A stretch of DNA of 64,000 nt. Origin: Pirellulales bacterium. Lineage in GTDB: Bacteria; Planctomycetota; Planctomycetia; Pirellulales; PALSA-1355. Of the stretch, positions 36,686-47,300 are shown in pieces; position 1 is the stretch's first letter; the number at the start of each line of letters is the position of its first letter. The translations under genes were made by a program, and so were the position numbers. Location of the stretch: the NCBI GenBank assembly GCA_022844125.1, contig JALHMI010000004.1, positions 226,777 to 290,776 on the forward strand, read 5' to 3'. The notes beneath the pieces were generated by a model. That model saw nothing but the letters and a program-made list of their open reading frames with translations, made no database searches and had not been told where the DNA came from.

Positions 36686-37840
36686 TTAGAGATCTCCTTT
36701 GAAAGCGCGATCTAGGATCGAGGGAAGCAAAGCCTCCTGAGATTTGGCGACTTTTGCCCGTATGTCCCGTGCCGAAGCTACTTTCAATATCAGATCGTCA
36801 AATCGCCGTTGTTCCTCAATTGGCGGCACAGGCACGTTGATATCCAGCATCTTTTTTGAGCTCAAGGTTCGATTCCGATCCGCGCTGCCCGGCGATGCCT
36901 CGCCAATGTGGTAGAGGCCCTCAGGGCTGAGCAAGTAAAAGCAAACGAAATGAGCCGTCGTCAAGCCGTCCACCGGCACAAAGGTTAGGTACCTGTGCGA
37001 ACCATAGCGGCCGTCGTCGTCCGAACCTGCAACGGCGATTGCACCCTCCCATGCTTTGATGTTGCTTACAAGAACGTCGCCGGATTTGACCAGATGTGGT
37101 TTCTGCCAAGTAATCTCACTGCCCCGCAATGGCGGATTATGAAAGGTACCCTTGCCGAATGAACGAACGGAGACTTGCGGGTACTCACGCGCCGGATCGA
37201 TTTCGGCTGGTCGCCGAATAAGCGGAGCAATATCGCCTAAGGGTCGACGTGGTGCCCCTTCTACGATCTTTCTAAATTGAGACATCAAGAGACTCTCGGA
37301 GATGATGTCGCATTCTCTACCCAAGCTTTGAGCGTCATAGACCTTGGCCACGAGGCGGTCGATTCGAGTCAAAATCCGTTGCTGTACGTTCACTGGTGGT
37401 AGAGAGATCGTCAATCGGAGAAATCGATCCTCTTTGAGGCGAACGCGATTTGTCGTGCCCTCGCTTGCACCTCGGCAGCCCTCCACAAATCCGGGGGTCT
37501 TACTGAGCCAGCCGAGAAACGCAGGTAGTAGCCGCGAACGATTCGCATCGAACGTGGGAAAGTCGCTCGTGACCACCGCCCCATCAAGTTCACTCGGAAC
37601 GATCCCCATCGCGCCGTTACGCGCATCGATACGGGATAAGATGAACTGATCGGCTGACACTTTGAAGCGGCGTCCAGATAGTCCAGCGCCAGTCACCTCT
37701 CGACGGAGCACAACCCCGTTTCCCCAAAGGCGGACCGTGACTTCGCGATACGTTTCCGCAGGAGACACACTCGCAACTTGCTCGTTGCGAGTTAGCAATT
37801 CGCCCAGAGGCACCAAGGGCCACCCGTTGTGGTTCGTCAT
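36686..37840 (-). CDS. hsdS: Type I restriction-modification specificity subunit HsdS
   Basis: This is a 384-aa ORF with two TRD-like halves and conserved spacer helices (N-terminal WPLVPLGELL...). It overlaps hsdM by 4 nt. Confidence 0.85.
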   Translation of the reverse strand: MTNHNGWPLVPLGELLTRNEQVASVSPAETYREVTVRLWGNGVVLRREVTGAGLSGRRFKVSADQFILSRIDARNGAMGIVPSELDGAVVTSDFPTFDANRSRLLPAFLGWLSKTPGFVEGCRGASEGTTNRVRLKEDRFLRLTISLPPVNVQQRILTRIDRLVAKVYDAQSLGRECDIISESLLMSQFRKIVEGAPRRPLGDIAPLIRRPAEIDPAREYPQVSVRSFGKGTFHNPPLRGSEITWQKPHLVKSGDVLVSNIKAWEGAIAVAGSDDDGRYGSHRYLTFVPVDGLTTAHFVCFYLLSPEGLYHIGEASPGSADRNRTLSSKKMLDINVPVPPIEEQRRFDDLILKVASARDIRAKVAKSQEALLPSILDRAFKGDL

Positions 37841-39444
37841 CGGCTTGCCCCGGCGAGTTCGGCCTTGATTTCCTCCATGATCTCCATGATGCGCCGTTCT
37901 TTAGCGAGTATGTCATTGGCCAGTTGCAGAGGCGGCAGGTGCTCCAGCGCCTCGGCGCTGTGTGGATTCTTGAGATCGAGATTGCAGGAGATGAGCGTTC
38001 CTGTTTCGTCATACTCAAGTACGTCATCGACTGACACGCGCCATGCATGATCAGACTCGCGTCGGCGCTTGAGCTGAAACCACTTTATGCAGTGGGTGAA
38101 TTCCTCGAATTGAAGTGGCTTCGTCTTCGTATAGCTTCGGCGACCCTCGGGGAGCGGCAGCTCGTAGTACCAAACGTCTTTGGTCGGCCCAGATCGATCA
38201 AAAAACAGAAGATTCGTGGGGATCGCGGTGTAGGGCGAGAACACGCCGTTCGGCAACCGCACGATTGTGTGCAAGTTGAACTCTTTTAAGAGTTCCTCCT
38301 TGATGCGGGCGCACACGCCATCGCCAAATAGCGTGCCGTTCGGTACGACTATCGCTGCTCGACCGCCATGCGGACCACCAGCACCCGGCCGCCTAAGCTT
38401 TCGCATGATGAGTTGAAGGAATAAGAGCGCCGTCTCGCTGGTTTGCTTATCGGCTGGGAAATTGTTTCGGATGCCGGCCTCTTCCTCACCACCGAATGGC
38501 GGGTTGGTGAGGATCACATCCACCCGATCTCGGTCACCGAGCTCTGTAAGCTTCACCGCGAGGCTGTTTCCGTACTCAATTGCGGGAGCATCGAGGCCGT
38601 GAAGCAAGAGGTTCAATTGCGAAAGCATATACGGCAGCGGCTTTGCCTCGCCGCCGCGAATCGATTTGTCTTGCAGGAGTTTTCGGTCTTGCACCGTCGT
38701 ACATTGCTTTTCCAGATGAGTGAAGGCCTCGGCGAGAAAGCCACCTGTCCCGCAGGCTGGGTCAAGAACGACCTCGCCAAGCTGTGGGTTCGTCACAGCA
38801 ACCATAAACTGGATTACCGGCCGCGGCGTGTAGAACTCACCGGAATCACCGGCGGCATCTCGCATTTCACGGAGCATCGACTCGTAAAGCCGGGCTAGAA
38901 CATGAATTTCCTCGGTCGAGTCGAAATGGATGCCGTTGATCAGATTAACGACATCACGCATCAGATACCCAGAAATCATCCGATTAGTAATGCCATCGAA
39001 CGCCGTCGCAATTACTTCGCGGCGACGGTCTCGACCCATCGCCCGGAGGCCGCGAAGGTATGCGAGAAGCCCGGCTCCGCGTTTTCCATTTGGCAGTGTC
39101 GCTTCCTCCTGATTCACGAATGCGATCAGTGCGTCGCCAGTGATGCCGTCTTTCTCCGCGGCCCAATCCCGCCAACGGTACGGAGCTTCGATCGCGGCCT
39201 TGTACTTCGTGCCGCCAATCCCCGCCCGAGCTTCGTCGAGCTTCTCGCGGTCATCCAGGAATTTCAGGAACATGATCCACGTAAGCAAGGGAAGGCGATC
39301 CAAGTCGCCGTTAAGGCCCTTGTCCTTCCGCATAATGTCCCTGGCGGATTTGATGAGCGCTGCCAATTGCTGTGCCGTTGTCTTAGGTTGATCGACCTTG
39401 TGGGGCTTTTTGTTCGCAGCCGTTGTGGCTTTCTTTTTGGCCAT
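37837..39444 (-). CDS. hsdM: Type I restriction-modification N6-adenine DNA methyltransferase HsdM
   Basis: It has an HsdM_N-like N-terminus, a SAM-binding motif VLDPACGTGGFL and a catalytic motif ILTNPPFGG. Confidence 0.9.
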   Translation of the reverse strand: MAKKKATTAANKKPHKVDQPKTTAQQLAALIKSARDIMRKDKGLNGDLDRLPLLTWIMFLKFLDDREKLDEARAGIGGTKYKAAIEAPYRWRDWAAEKDGITGDALIAFVNQEEATLPNGKRGAGLLAYLRGLRAMGRDRRREVIATAFDGITNRMISGYLMRDVVNLINGIHFDSTEEIHVLARLYESMLREMRDAAGDSGEFYTPRPVIQFMVAVTNPQLGEVVLDPACGTGGFLAEAFTHLEKQCTTVQDRKLLQDKSIRGGEAKPLPYMLSQLNLLLHGLDAPAIEYGNSLAVKLTELGDRDRVDVILTNPPFGGEEEAGIRNNFPADKQTSETALLFLQLIMRKLRRPGAGGPHGGRAAIVVPNGTLFGDGVCARIKEELLKEFNLHTIVRLPNGVFSPYTAIPTNLLFFDRSGPTKDVWYYELPLPEGRRSYTKTKPLQFEEFTHCIKWFQLKRRRESDHAWRVSVDDVLEYDETGTLISCNLDLKNPHSAEALEHLPPLQLANDILAKERRIMEIMEEIKAELAGASR

Positions 39445-39448
39445 GTAT

Positions 39449-40198
39449 TCAGTTCACCTTGCTATTCCAATAGGTCCAGAGCCCGTCATCGGGCTGTCCC
39501 GTTGACTTCTTGGGGCGGCGGCCGGCCCAAATCGCCTCAGCGAGTTTCTTGACCTCATTCGCGTCCTTCGGATCCCAACCCATACGAATCAACTGCTGAC
39601 ACATCGAATCGGGACTAGCGGGAGCGTGCTTGTGATACAGCGTCTCTAACGTGCGAATTGCACGCTCGCGATCGCTGGGATGAGTGATCCCTGTGTTGAG
39701 GTTTACTCCATGAGTCAGTGACTCAAGGGCGATAAATGTTGCGCCTGATGTCGGCTCAGACTGTTGGTGCGAGGCCGGTTGGCCAAGCTCGGTTGCTCCC
39801 CACGTTTGAAGCCATTGGTCGCAGTCGCCATCACCCCAAGGAATATAGAGAACGGAGGCACTACCCGAGATCCCGTCGATGGCATCAAGCAACTCTTGCC
39901 CACCGTAGATCGCAAGGATTGGACCGTCGAAGCTATAGATCTGCGTCCCCTTCAAGGTCATCAGCCTCAGCTGCACCCCTTGAACGGTCGCGGTTCCGTT
40001 TTGACGCAATTGGTTGAACAAACCCGCGAGCTGGCTCCAATTCGCAATGTTCTCCAGATTGCTCTTCGTCGAAACAGCAACAATGCCCGCGTTCCCTGAT
40101 TTCTTTGCCTCGGCCAAGAGCCATTGGACGCCTTGCACAATCGCTTGGTCCTGAGGACCGGTGGATGAGACAAAATGTGAAATCCCCTTGCGAGTCAT
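39449..40198 (-). CDS. Hypothetical protein embedded between hsdR and hsdM
   Basis: This is a 249-aa ORF. It lies 13 nt after hsdR and ends 4 nt before hsdM. I recognise no motif. It shows an alternating beta-alpha-like pattern (GIVAVSTKS, PILAIYGG, VLYIPWGDGD). Confidence 0.5.
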   Translation of the reverse strand: MTRKGISHFVSSTGPQDQAIVQGVQWLLAEAKKSGNAGIVAVSTKSNLENIANWSQLAGLFNQLRQNGTATVQGVQLRLMTLKGTQIYSFDGPILAIYGGQELLDAIDGISGSASVLYIPWGDGDCDQWLQTWGATELGQPASHQQSEPTSGATFIALESLTHGVNLNTGITHPSDRERAIRTLETLYHKHAPASPDSMCQQLIRMGWDPKDANEVKKLAEAIWAGRRPKKSTGQPDDGLWTYWNSKVN

Positions 40199-40211
40199 GC
40201 GAGCCTCCGAG

Positions 40212-42569
40212 CTATGCCGCCATGTACAAAAGCGTTTGAAGCTGGATCACTGCGTTTCGCAATTGCTCGACCCCGCCAAAGCGACTGGCGATCTCAATGA
40301 CATTGCCGTGGGCATTGATAGGCGGCACCTCGAGCACATCGGGAATTACGAATTGCGCAGTTCCGTGCTCCGTGTACTTGTCAAGCAACTCGTCGAGAAT
40401 CGCCTTGGCCTCAGGGCCGTACTGATCGAAGAAATCCTGTCGCTCAGAGCGGAGCCGCTGCGCTCGCTCCCGCCTGGTCCTGAGCGGCGCATTGAAGGCC
40501 AGGTGGCAAATGAGATCGAGTGGATCAGCGTCAGGCTGGTTCGCAGCCTCGGCTAAGTCATCGAAGTCGATCCCACGCTCAGCAAGGCGTTCGATAATAT
40601 CTCGGCGACGCTCGGGATCTGCCCATTCTCCTCGAAGCTCGGCTGCGTTCCGGAAGAGGCTCCGCACCTTGTCTGCCGTATAGTCCGTGAACTGCACAAC
40701 ACGAAGCTGATTCCCGTCTGGATCGAGTTCATATACGAGGTGCGCGGCGATTTCGACCTGTCCCTCGTCGAAGTAGTACTTTTGCCTTGGCTGGTCATGA
40801 TCGTCGTGCGGCAATTCGACCGCCTCGCCTCCACCTAGCTCCGGCTCTGGCACGACAACTTCTTCAGCACCAACTGGTTCACCTTCCTCGTCGATTGCCT
40901 GTTCGGTCTCGATAGAGGGATCCCCGTCAAACTCAGGATCGGCGAACATCCGAGTAGCCGTGCCGGTGTAGTCCAGGATGCTGAAAAAGAGCTTTCCGTA
41001 TTCGTCTCGCACCCGAGTGCCGCGCCCAATAATCTGCTTGAATTCGGTCATTGAGCCGATGACCCGAAGAAGCACGATGTTCTTCACAGTCGGGGCATCA
41101 ACGCCTGTCGTTAGAAGTTGCGATGTGGTCAAAATGACCGGCGTCCGACGCTCCACGTCTTGGAAGTGACTTAGATGGCCGCGGCCTACTTCGCCTTCGT
41201 CGGCCGTAACGCGACAAACGTAGTCTGGGTTCTCCTGAACGAAGTCGCTGTTTAGGTTGTTGAGCGCTTGCCGCATCTCCGATGCATGCTCTTGGTCAAC
41301 GCAAAAGATGATGGTCTTTGCGAACGGATCTGTACGGCGTAGATAGTCGGTCAAGTGACGGGCCACCGCTTCCGTTCTAGCCCTAAGCGAGACGACGCGC
41401 TCAAAGTCGTTGGTGTGGTATTCCTCGTCCGGGATTTCTCGTCCGAAGCGATCCAGATCACCTTGATTAGGGCGCCATCCGGCTGCATCCCAGGTAGTCA
41501 CGATGCGATGCACTCGATACGGAGCGAGAAAGCCGTCGTCGATTCCTTGACGAAGGCTATAGGTATAGATTGGGTCCCCGAAATAATCGTAGCTGTCGGC
41601 ATTCTCTTGCCGCCGCGGCGTAGCCGTCATTCCGATTTGAAAGGCCGGACGAAAGTATTCGAGGATCTCTCGCCAATTGCTATCATCGCGGGCACTGCCC
41701 CGGTGGCACTCATCTACAATGATGAGATCAAAGAAGTCTGGGGCGTATTCGCGATACAGGCCCGGGCGCCGTTCATCGCGCGCAATCGCCTGGTACGTGG
41801 CGAAATACATCTCGCGTCCGTGTACCGCCTGCCCGCTAATCCGATGACGGGCATCGCCAAGCGGCGCGAAGGTTTTCGACATCGGATCTTCCACGAGGAT
41901 GTTCCGGTCCGCCAGGTAGAGAATCCGCGGTTTTCGATTCTGACCGATTCGGTTCCAGCCGGATGACCAGAGCTTCCAGCAAATTTGGAAGGCGACTTCT
42001 GTCTTTCCCGTCCCTGTTGCCATCGTGATCAAGACACGAGGCACGCGTTGGGCGATGGCCTGCACCGCTCGGCTAATCGCGATTTCTTGGTAGTACCGAG
42101 GGATCCTTCCGAGTTGGTGGTATGCCGGAGCGAGCACGAGCTCGGTCGCGCGTTCGCTGAGTTGCTCCCTTTGATTGAGCCGAGACCAGAGTTCATCCGG
42201 AGTCGGGAACGCTCCGATGTTTCGCTCCAGACCGGTCAGGTAATCGAACTCGACGATCCCCTCACCGTTCGTCGCGTACGCGAATTTCAGTCCCAGAATC
42301 TCGGCATAGTCCTTAGCCTGCTGGAGACCGTCTGCTGGTGTCGCATACGTGGGCTTCGCTTCAACAACGGCGATCGGAAAGTCCGCTCGGTAGCGAAGAA
42401 CATAATCCGCCCGCTTTCCAGGGCGCCTATGGCCTCGACGACCAGCTACGATGATTCGCCCATCCGTGAATGTGACCTGCTCATTGATGCGGTACGGATC
42501 GTTTTCCCAACCGGCGACTTGGAGCCGTGGAACTACGTACCGGCGACAGGTATCTGCTTCGTTGGGCAT
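40212..42569 (-). CDS. hsdR: Type I restriction endonuclease subunit HsdR
   Basis: It has an HSDR_N-type N-terminus MPNEADTCRRYVVPRLQVAGW, plus helicase motifs MATGTGKTEVAF, IIVDECHRGS and QIIGRGTR. Confidence 0.9.
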   Translation of the reverse strand: MPNEADTCRRYVVPRLQVAGWENDPYRINEQVTFTDGRIIVAGRRGHRRPGKRADYVLRYRADFPIAVVEAKPTYATPADGLQQAKDYAEILGLKFAYATNGEGIVEFDYLTGLERNIGAFPTPDELWSRLNQREQLSERATELVLAPAYHQLGRIPRYYQEIAISRAVQAIAQRVPRVLITMATGTGKTEVAFQICWKLWSSGWNRIGQNRKPRILYLADRNILVEDPMSKTFAPLGDARHRISGQAVHGREMYFATYQAIARDERRPGLYREYAPDFFDLIIVDECHRGSARDDSNWREILEYFRPAFQIGMTATPRRQENADSYDYFGDPIYTYSLRQGIDDGFLAPYRVHRIVTTWDAAGWRPNQGDLDRFGREIPDEEYHTNDFERVVSLRARTEAVARHLTDYLRRTDPFAKTIIFCVDQEHASEMRQALNNLNSDFVQENPDYVCRVTADEGEVGRGHLSHFQDVERRTPVILTTSQLLTTGVDAPTVKNIVLLRVIGSMTEFKQIIGRGTRVRDEYGKLFFSILDYTGTATRMFADPEFDGDPSIETEQAIDEEGEPVGAEEVVVPEPELGGGEAVELPHDDHDQPRQKYYFDEGQVEIAAHLVYELDPDGNQLRVVQFTDYTADKVRSLFRNAAELRGEWADPERRRDIIERLAERGIDFDDLAEAANQPDADPLDLICHLAFNAPLRTRRERAQRLRSERQDFFDQYGPEAKAILDELLDKYTEHGTAQFVIPDVLEVPPINAHGNVIEIASRFGGVEQLRNAVIQLQTLLYMAA

Positions 42570-42833
42570 CGGGGAGTGGCTATACGGCGCGCCAGGGAGG
42601 CCACCTTGCTTCCGTGCTGCGGGATTGTTCGGTGTTTACTAAACACCCGATTGTACAGGACGAGCCAAAGCGCGCCCATCTATTGACTTCAGGCTTTCGC
42701 GGTTTCTGAGTCGGAGGTTTGCGTGTCGCCTGTAAAGTATTATAAATAAAGTAGTTACGTCGAGTGGATGACCCAAGGCGACTTGCCAGTCGCCTAATCG
42801 TGCTGCATAATACTTCAAATAGTTTTAAGGTTT
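42570..42833. promoter_or_regulatory. Divergent intergenic region (hsdR operon / abiE) containing the most AT-rich patches of the window
   Basis: The patches are tgtaaagtattataaataaagtagtta (42731-42757) and tgcataatacttcaaatagttttaaggtttatg just upstream of abiEi. No specific -35/-10 pair is assigned. Confidence 0.35.
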
Positions 42834-43445
42834 ATGCAAATGACCTATCGCTCCACTAAAGCCGCTCGTCGTGAGCTTTCCGCTCTTGCCCAGGGCCAGG
42901 GCGGCTACTTTACCGCGAAGCAAGCAGCGGAGATTGGCTACGACTATCCGCATCTGGACTACCACGTCCAGGCCGGCAATTTCGAGCGAGCCGGCCACGG
43001 CCTCTATCGGCTGCCGGAGATTCCTCAGTCCGAGCACGACGATCTTGTGCGTCTCGCTTTTTGGAGCCGCAACCGCAGCGACCAACCACAGGCTGTCGTC
43101 TCCCATGCGACGGCACTTGCCCTGCATGGCCTTTCGGACCTTCTACCCAACAGGGTCCACATCACGGTTCCGCCGGGCTTCCGCAAACCCGCCCCGAAAG
43201 GCGCAGTAATTCGACGGGCTCGGCTGGCTCCTTCTGATATCCAAGAACGTGAAGGGTTCCTAGTCACCACGCCCCTTCGCAGCATCCACGATGCAGCGAG
43301 TGATCCCTCTATCTCCGAAGAGCACCTAGAGCGAGCAGTGGTCGATGCAATTCAACGAGGACTCGTGCGGCGCTCTAAGCTCGTCGCCCTGGCAAAGACA
43401 CAGTCCGAGAAAAGGCTTTCGCGAGCTCTTGATGCTGCGCGATAA
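42834..43445 (+). CDS. abiEi: AbiEi-family antitoxin/transcriptional regulator
   Basis: The N-terminus LSALAQGQGGYFTAKQAAEIGYDYPHLDYHVQAGNFERAGHGLYRL is AbiEi_4-like. It ends 8 nt upstream of an AbiEii gene. Confidence 0.75.
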   Translation: MQMTYRSTKAARRELSALAQGQGGYFTAKQAAEIGYDYPHLDYHVQAGNFERAGHGLYRLPEIPQSEHDDLVRLAFWSRNRSDQPQAVVSHATALALHGLSDLLPNRVHITVPPGFRKPAPKGAVIRRARLAPSDIQEREGFLVTTPLRSIHDAASDPSISEEHLERAVVDAIQRGLVRRSKLVALAKTQSEKRLSRALDAAR

Positions 43446-43453
43446 TCGGCTCA

Positions 43454-44317
43454 ATGGCAAAGTCATTCAATTCCGCAGCCGCGTTCCGGATGTCGCTCGA
43501 AGAGCGGCTACGACAAGCAGCCTCCCAGCGCGGCATGCCGATCAATTCGCTTCGGCTCAAAGTAGTCATGGAGCGACTCCTTGCACGTCTTTTCGCCGAC
43601 GATACATCGCCTTGGCTCCTCAAGGGCGGCTATGCAATGGAGCTCAGGTATCGCCCGAGAGCCCGCACGACAAGGGACATTGACCTCGCCATAAGGTCCG
43701 GTGAGTTTAAGGCTACTTCCCAAATTGAAGCAATTCGCGAAGAAATCCAACAGGCCGCCGACCAAGACCTTAGCGACTTTCTCGTGTTTCAGATCGGCAG
43801 TGCCAGCACGGAACTACAGGGTGCACCTGACGGTGGCGCTCGGTATCCGGTCATCGCGCTCCTCGCTGGAAAGCCATTTGCCAGATTTCACCTTGACGTG
43901 GGGATTGGAGATCCCGTACTCCCTTCCCCCGAAGCGTTGGTCGGCGAGGATTTTCTCGGCTTCGCAGGCCTTCCGCCGGCACGCGTACTTGCCATTTCAA
44001 GGGCTCAGCAGTTTGCCGAGAAGCTCCACGCCTACACATTCCCCTGGAATGACCGAGCCAATACGAGAACAAAGGACCTGGTCGACCTGGTTCTGCTCAT
44101 AACAAGCGGATCGCTTGATTCTGCAGCGGTCAGTTCAGCAATCGAGGCCACGTTCAAGGCACGTGATACGCACTCGCTCCCGACCAATCTTCCCGAACCG
44201 CCAATTTCTTGGTCCCCGTCGTTCCGCGAGATGGCGATAGAAGTTCAGCTTCCTTCTGTCGATCTAGGAGATGCGTTCGCAATAGTCGACGCTTATTGGC
44301 AGCAAAAATTGACGTGA
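43454..44317 (+). CDS. abiEii: AbiEii/AbiGii nucleotidyltransferase toxin (DUF1814)
   Basis: The sequence FRMSLEERLRQAA...RLKVVMERLLARLF...WLLKGGYAMELRY...RTTRDIDL is the characteristic DUF1814 N-terminal NTase motif. Confidence 0.8.
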   Translation: MAKSFNSAAAFRMSLEERLRQAASQRGMPINSLRLKVVMERLLARLFADDTSPWLLKGGYAMELRYRPRARTTRDIDLAIRSGEFKATSQIEAIREEIQQAADQDLSDFLVFQIGSASTELQGAPDGGARYPVIALLAGKPFARFHLDVGIGDPVLPSPEALVGEDFLGFAGLPPARVLAISRAQQFAEKLHAYTFPWNDRANTRTKDLVDLVLLITSGSLDSAAVSSAIEATFKARDTHSLPTNLPEPPISWSPSFREMAIEVQLPSVDLGDAFAIVDAYWQQKLT

Positions 44318-44391
44318 CCGCCCAAGTCGCGGCCGGTTTGCGGCGCCAACTAGCACCAGTACCACGACGAACGGAAGCACGAATCGAGTGA

Positions 44392-47300
44392 TCAATCTTT
44401 GCGGCCAGCATCGGTCAACTCGTTGATGGCCTTGCGACGAGCGAGCAGCGAATGCACGATCTCTCTCGCGTTATCCATCACGACGAACCAACGGCGCTTG
44501 TAGTGGACGATCTCTTCACTGAGTCCGTAGCCGAGAAGTTCTTCTCGGTTCGCCGGAATGCCATTTAAGACGAGTTCCACAACCTCGTCGCCGGCTATGC
44601 GGGCAGTCGTCAAACGCCACCCGTTGTCGAGCTCGATCAGCGAGCCGCCATTCAAGAGGCCGAGAATATCATCCGGCGAAGAATCTGCAAGCGGCGTTCC
44701 GATTCCAAGCCGCTGCTTGACGTTTGGGACATCGGTGGGACTCAAACTAAGACCAACCAGCGCCGTGCCATCGGAAAGAATAGCTCGCGCGATCTTGACG
44801 CTCTGAATCCCCGACGACCCCATCACCTTGTCGTAGATGGGAAAAATCGCACCACTCAGGATGTGGAACCGGCGAGGTTCCGTGGCTGGAGTTCTTGCAT
44901 ACTCGGCATCCCACCAGGCTCGAGCCTCCTCCACTTCGACTCTCTCGTACTTCTTTGCCAGTTCATGCAGTTCAAGCGATCGCCTCGCACCCTTGACCGC
45001 AGTCAAATGAAGCTCACTTCGTTCTGCATCCCAGTGTTCCGAAGCAGCATAGATGCGATGGCTCTGCCGGTTCCGATAAAACCCATGTTTTGCCCAACCC
45101 GTGACTGACTCGAAGGTGCGCCTGATAACATCGACCTCCCCTTCCAAGTCATGGAGCATCGTCTTTGCACCCGAGGGCGGATCGACAAAAAGCGTTTCCG
45201 GCTCAGCGATTCTTCTCAGGTTCTTGGCCCGAATCTCCTCCACGCCGAAATCGAAGGCACTTTGACGTTTAGCTGCTTCAACCATTTCCAGATACCGCTC
45301 GTAGAAGAGATCGAAGATTTGATTCTGGGTTTCGACGTGAAGAACCATGATGCGGTTCAAGAACTGCTCAACGTTGCTCACATAATTATCACGGACGGCA
45401 GTTCGCTCTTTATTCAAGACTCCCATCCGCTCCAGAGTTCGCATTCCAAGCCCGTCGTCACTGTGGCGTCCTGACTGAATCTCCCGGTAGAGCCTGGCAA
45501 GTGCTGCTTTGCCGTATTCGTCGGTGACGTCTTCCGGGCGAAAGAGATCACTTGAGAGCGAGTGCCGCTCGCCTTTTGTCAGAGCACCAAGCGCTGCCAG
45601 GCGCTTCGAGACTGCGTTGACGAGGCGCTTCTGGCCCGCCAAGTCGAGGAGCACGAGACGAATGACTGGAGCGGAGCTTTGGTTCGAGCGGTGAACTCGG
45701 CCAAAGGCTTGCATCTGCTGGTCCGCCGACCAGGATAACTGAAATGCATAGAAAACACGCCGGTCTTGATTCTTTACGGCGACGTCGGCATGAACGCTGA
45801 TTCCCGTGGAGCCTGCACCCGAGATGACGGCGAGGCGTTTTCGGCCTTGCTGAAACTGGCGAGTCTCGTATTCGTTCAGCTCTCGGCGCGAGATACCTTC
45901 AATCTTTCGACGGACGTACTTCCCGTTCTCAAAGCGGTGCATGCGTCCACTGATCTCAGCGACGTTTCCGGCACCGAATCGAGCAACGAGCGCATCGAGC
46001 GGATTCTGCGGAAAATCAAGGTCCGCGACCTTGCCTAGCAGTTCTTGTTGCCGTCTCTGGTTCTCGCGATTGATCTCTGGGTTTCCCGCGGCGTCTTCAA
46101 CGCGGACCCGAACCACGTTGCCGGTTACTGGGTCCGTCTGCTCTTGGTATTGAAAGAGCGGAAACTGTTTCTCGATTAGCTGGACAATCATCTCGCGCGG
46201 TGTTGCGTCAAGCTCGGACAACTCCAGCCCCTCAGCGCGAGCGTCGCGAACCTTTCGCTCAGTTTGGGCTTCGCCCGTATTAAAGAGACTCAAGACTACG
46301 GAACGCCCTTGATTGAGATCACTCTCAATTGCCGGAACAAGTTCCGGGAGGGTGTAGGCCATCATGAGCTGGAGAAAGAACCGCTGTTGGGCCGAATAGA
46401 ATTGAGCATAACGGTTCGCATTTCGCCCCTGGCAGACGTTTTGCTCCGCCGACTCAAAGGCAACCAGTAGATCTGACCAGAGATCGGCAATCTGGTCGTA
46501 TTGCCGCCTCTCGTCGGTAGTCAACCGATGAAGAAGAGGCTCGTATTCGACGGCACTATTTGGAACGATGCCGCCATCCGGTAGTCGAGTTGGGCCGTAG
46601 CTTATCGTGCGCGAAAGGTACGTGCCGACACTTTTGAGATCGCGGCAGAGCATCTCCATTGCAGCCACCCCTCCCCGCTCCATCGCCACCAAGAATGCTG
46701 GAAAATCTGCGAATGGGGCGCCGGCTCCCCAAAGCCCAAGCCGCTCGTAGGGGGCCATGTGCCTTGCTTCCGTGGCTCCGGTCGCACTGAAGTATCGCAC
46801 CCGAGCCTCTGGAAAAAGGCGTTGAAGTGCGATGCCCATATTTCCACGAAGAGTTCCGTGATCCACGGTGGCCCTTCCGCCGTGCGGGGTTGCGGCGGCA
46901 TTCTTCATAAGATGCGCCTCATCGAATGCTATTACGCCATCGAACGCCTCACCCAACCACTCCGTCAATTGTTTGAAGCGGGCACGGTTACCGGCGAAGT
47001 CCGTAGCGAGCATGGTGTAGGTCGTGAAGAGCACTCCTGAGCTACCTGCGATTGACTCATTGGGCTTAAATCTCGCCTGATGAAGGATGGGAAGCGGCAA
47101 GCCCACTGCGTCGCGGTCCCTTTCTGCATCGGCACAGAGTTGGTGTGACGCCGAGATGTGGACATGCTTCCTTCGGCCCTGCGAAAGCTCGTTATAGATG
47201 AATGCATAGATCTCGCGACCCTTCCCAATTCCTGTTCCGTCTCCGTTCCAGTGTCCCTTCCTGGCCCCATCGGGAAGCAGAGTGCTTGTGGCTTGCCCGG

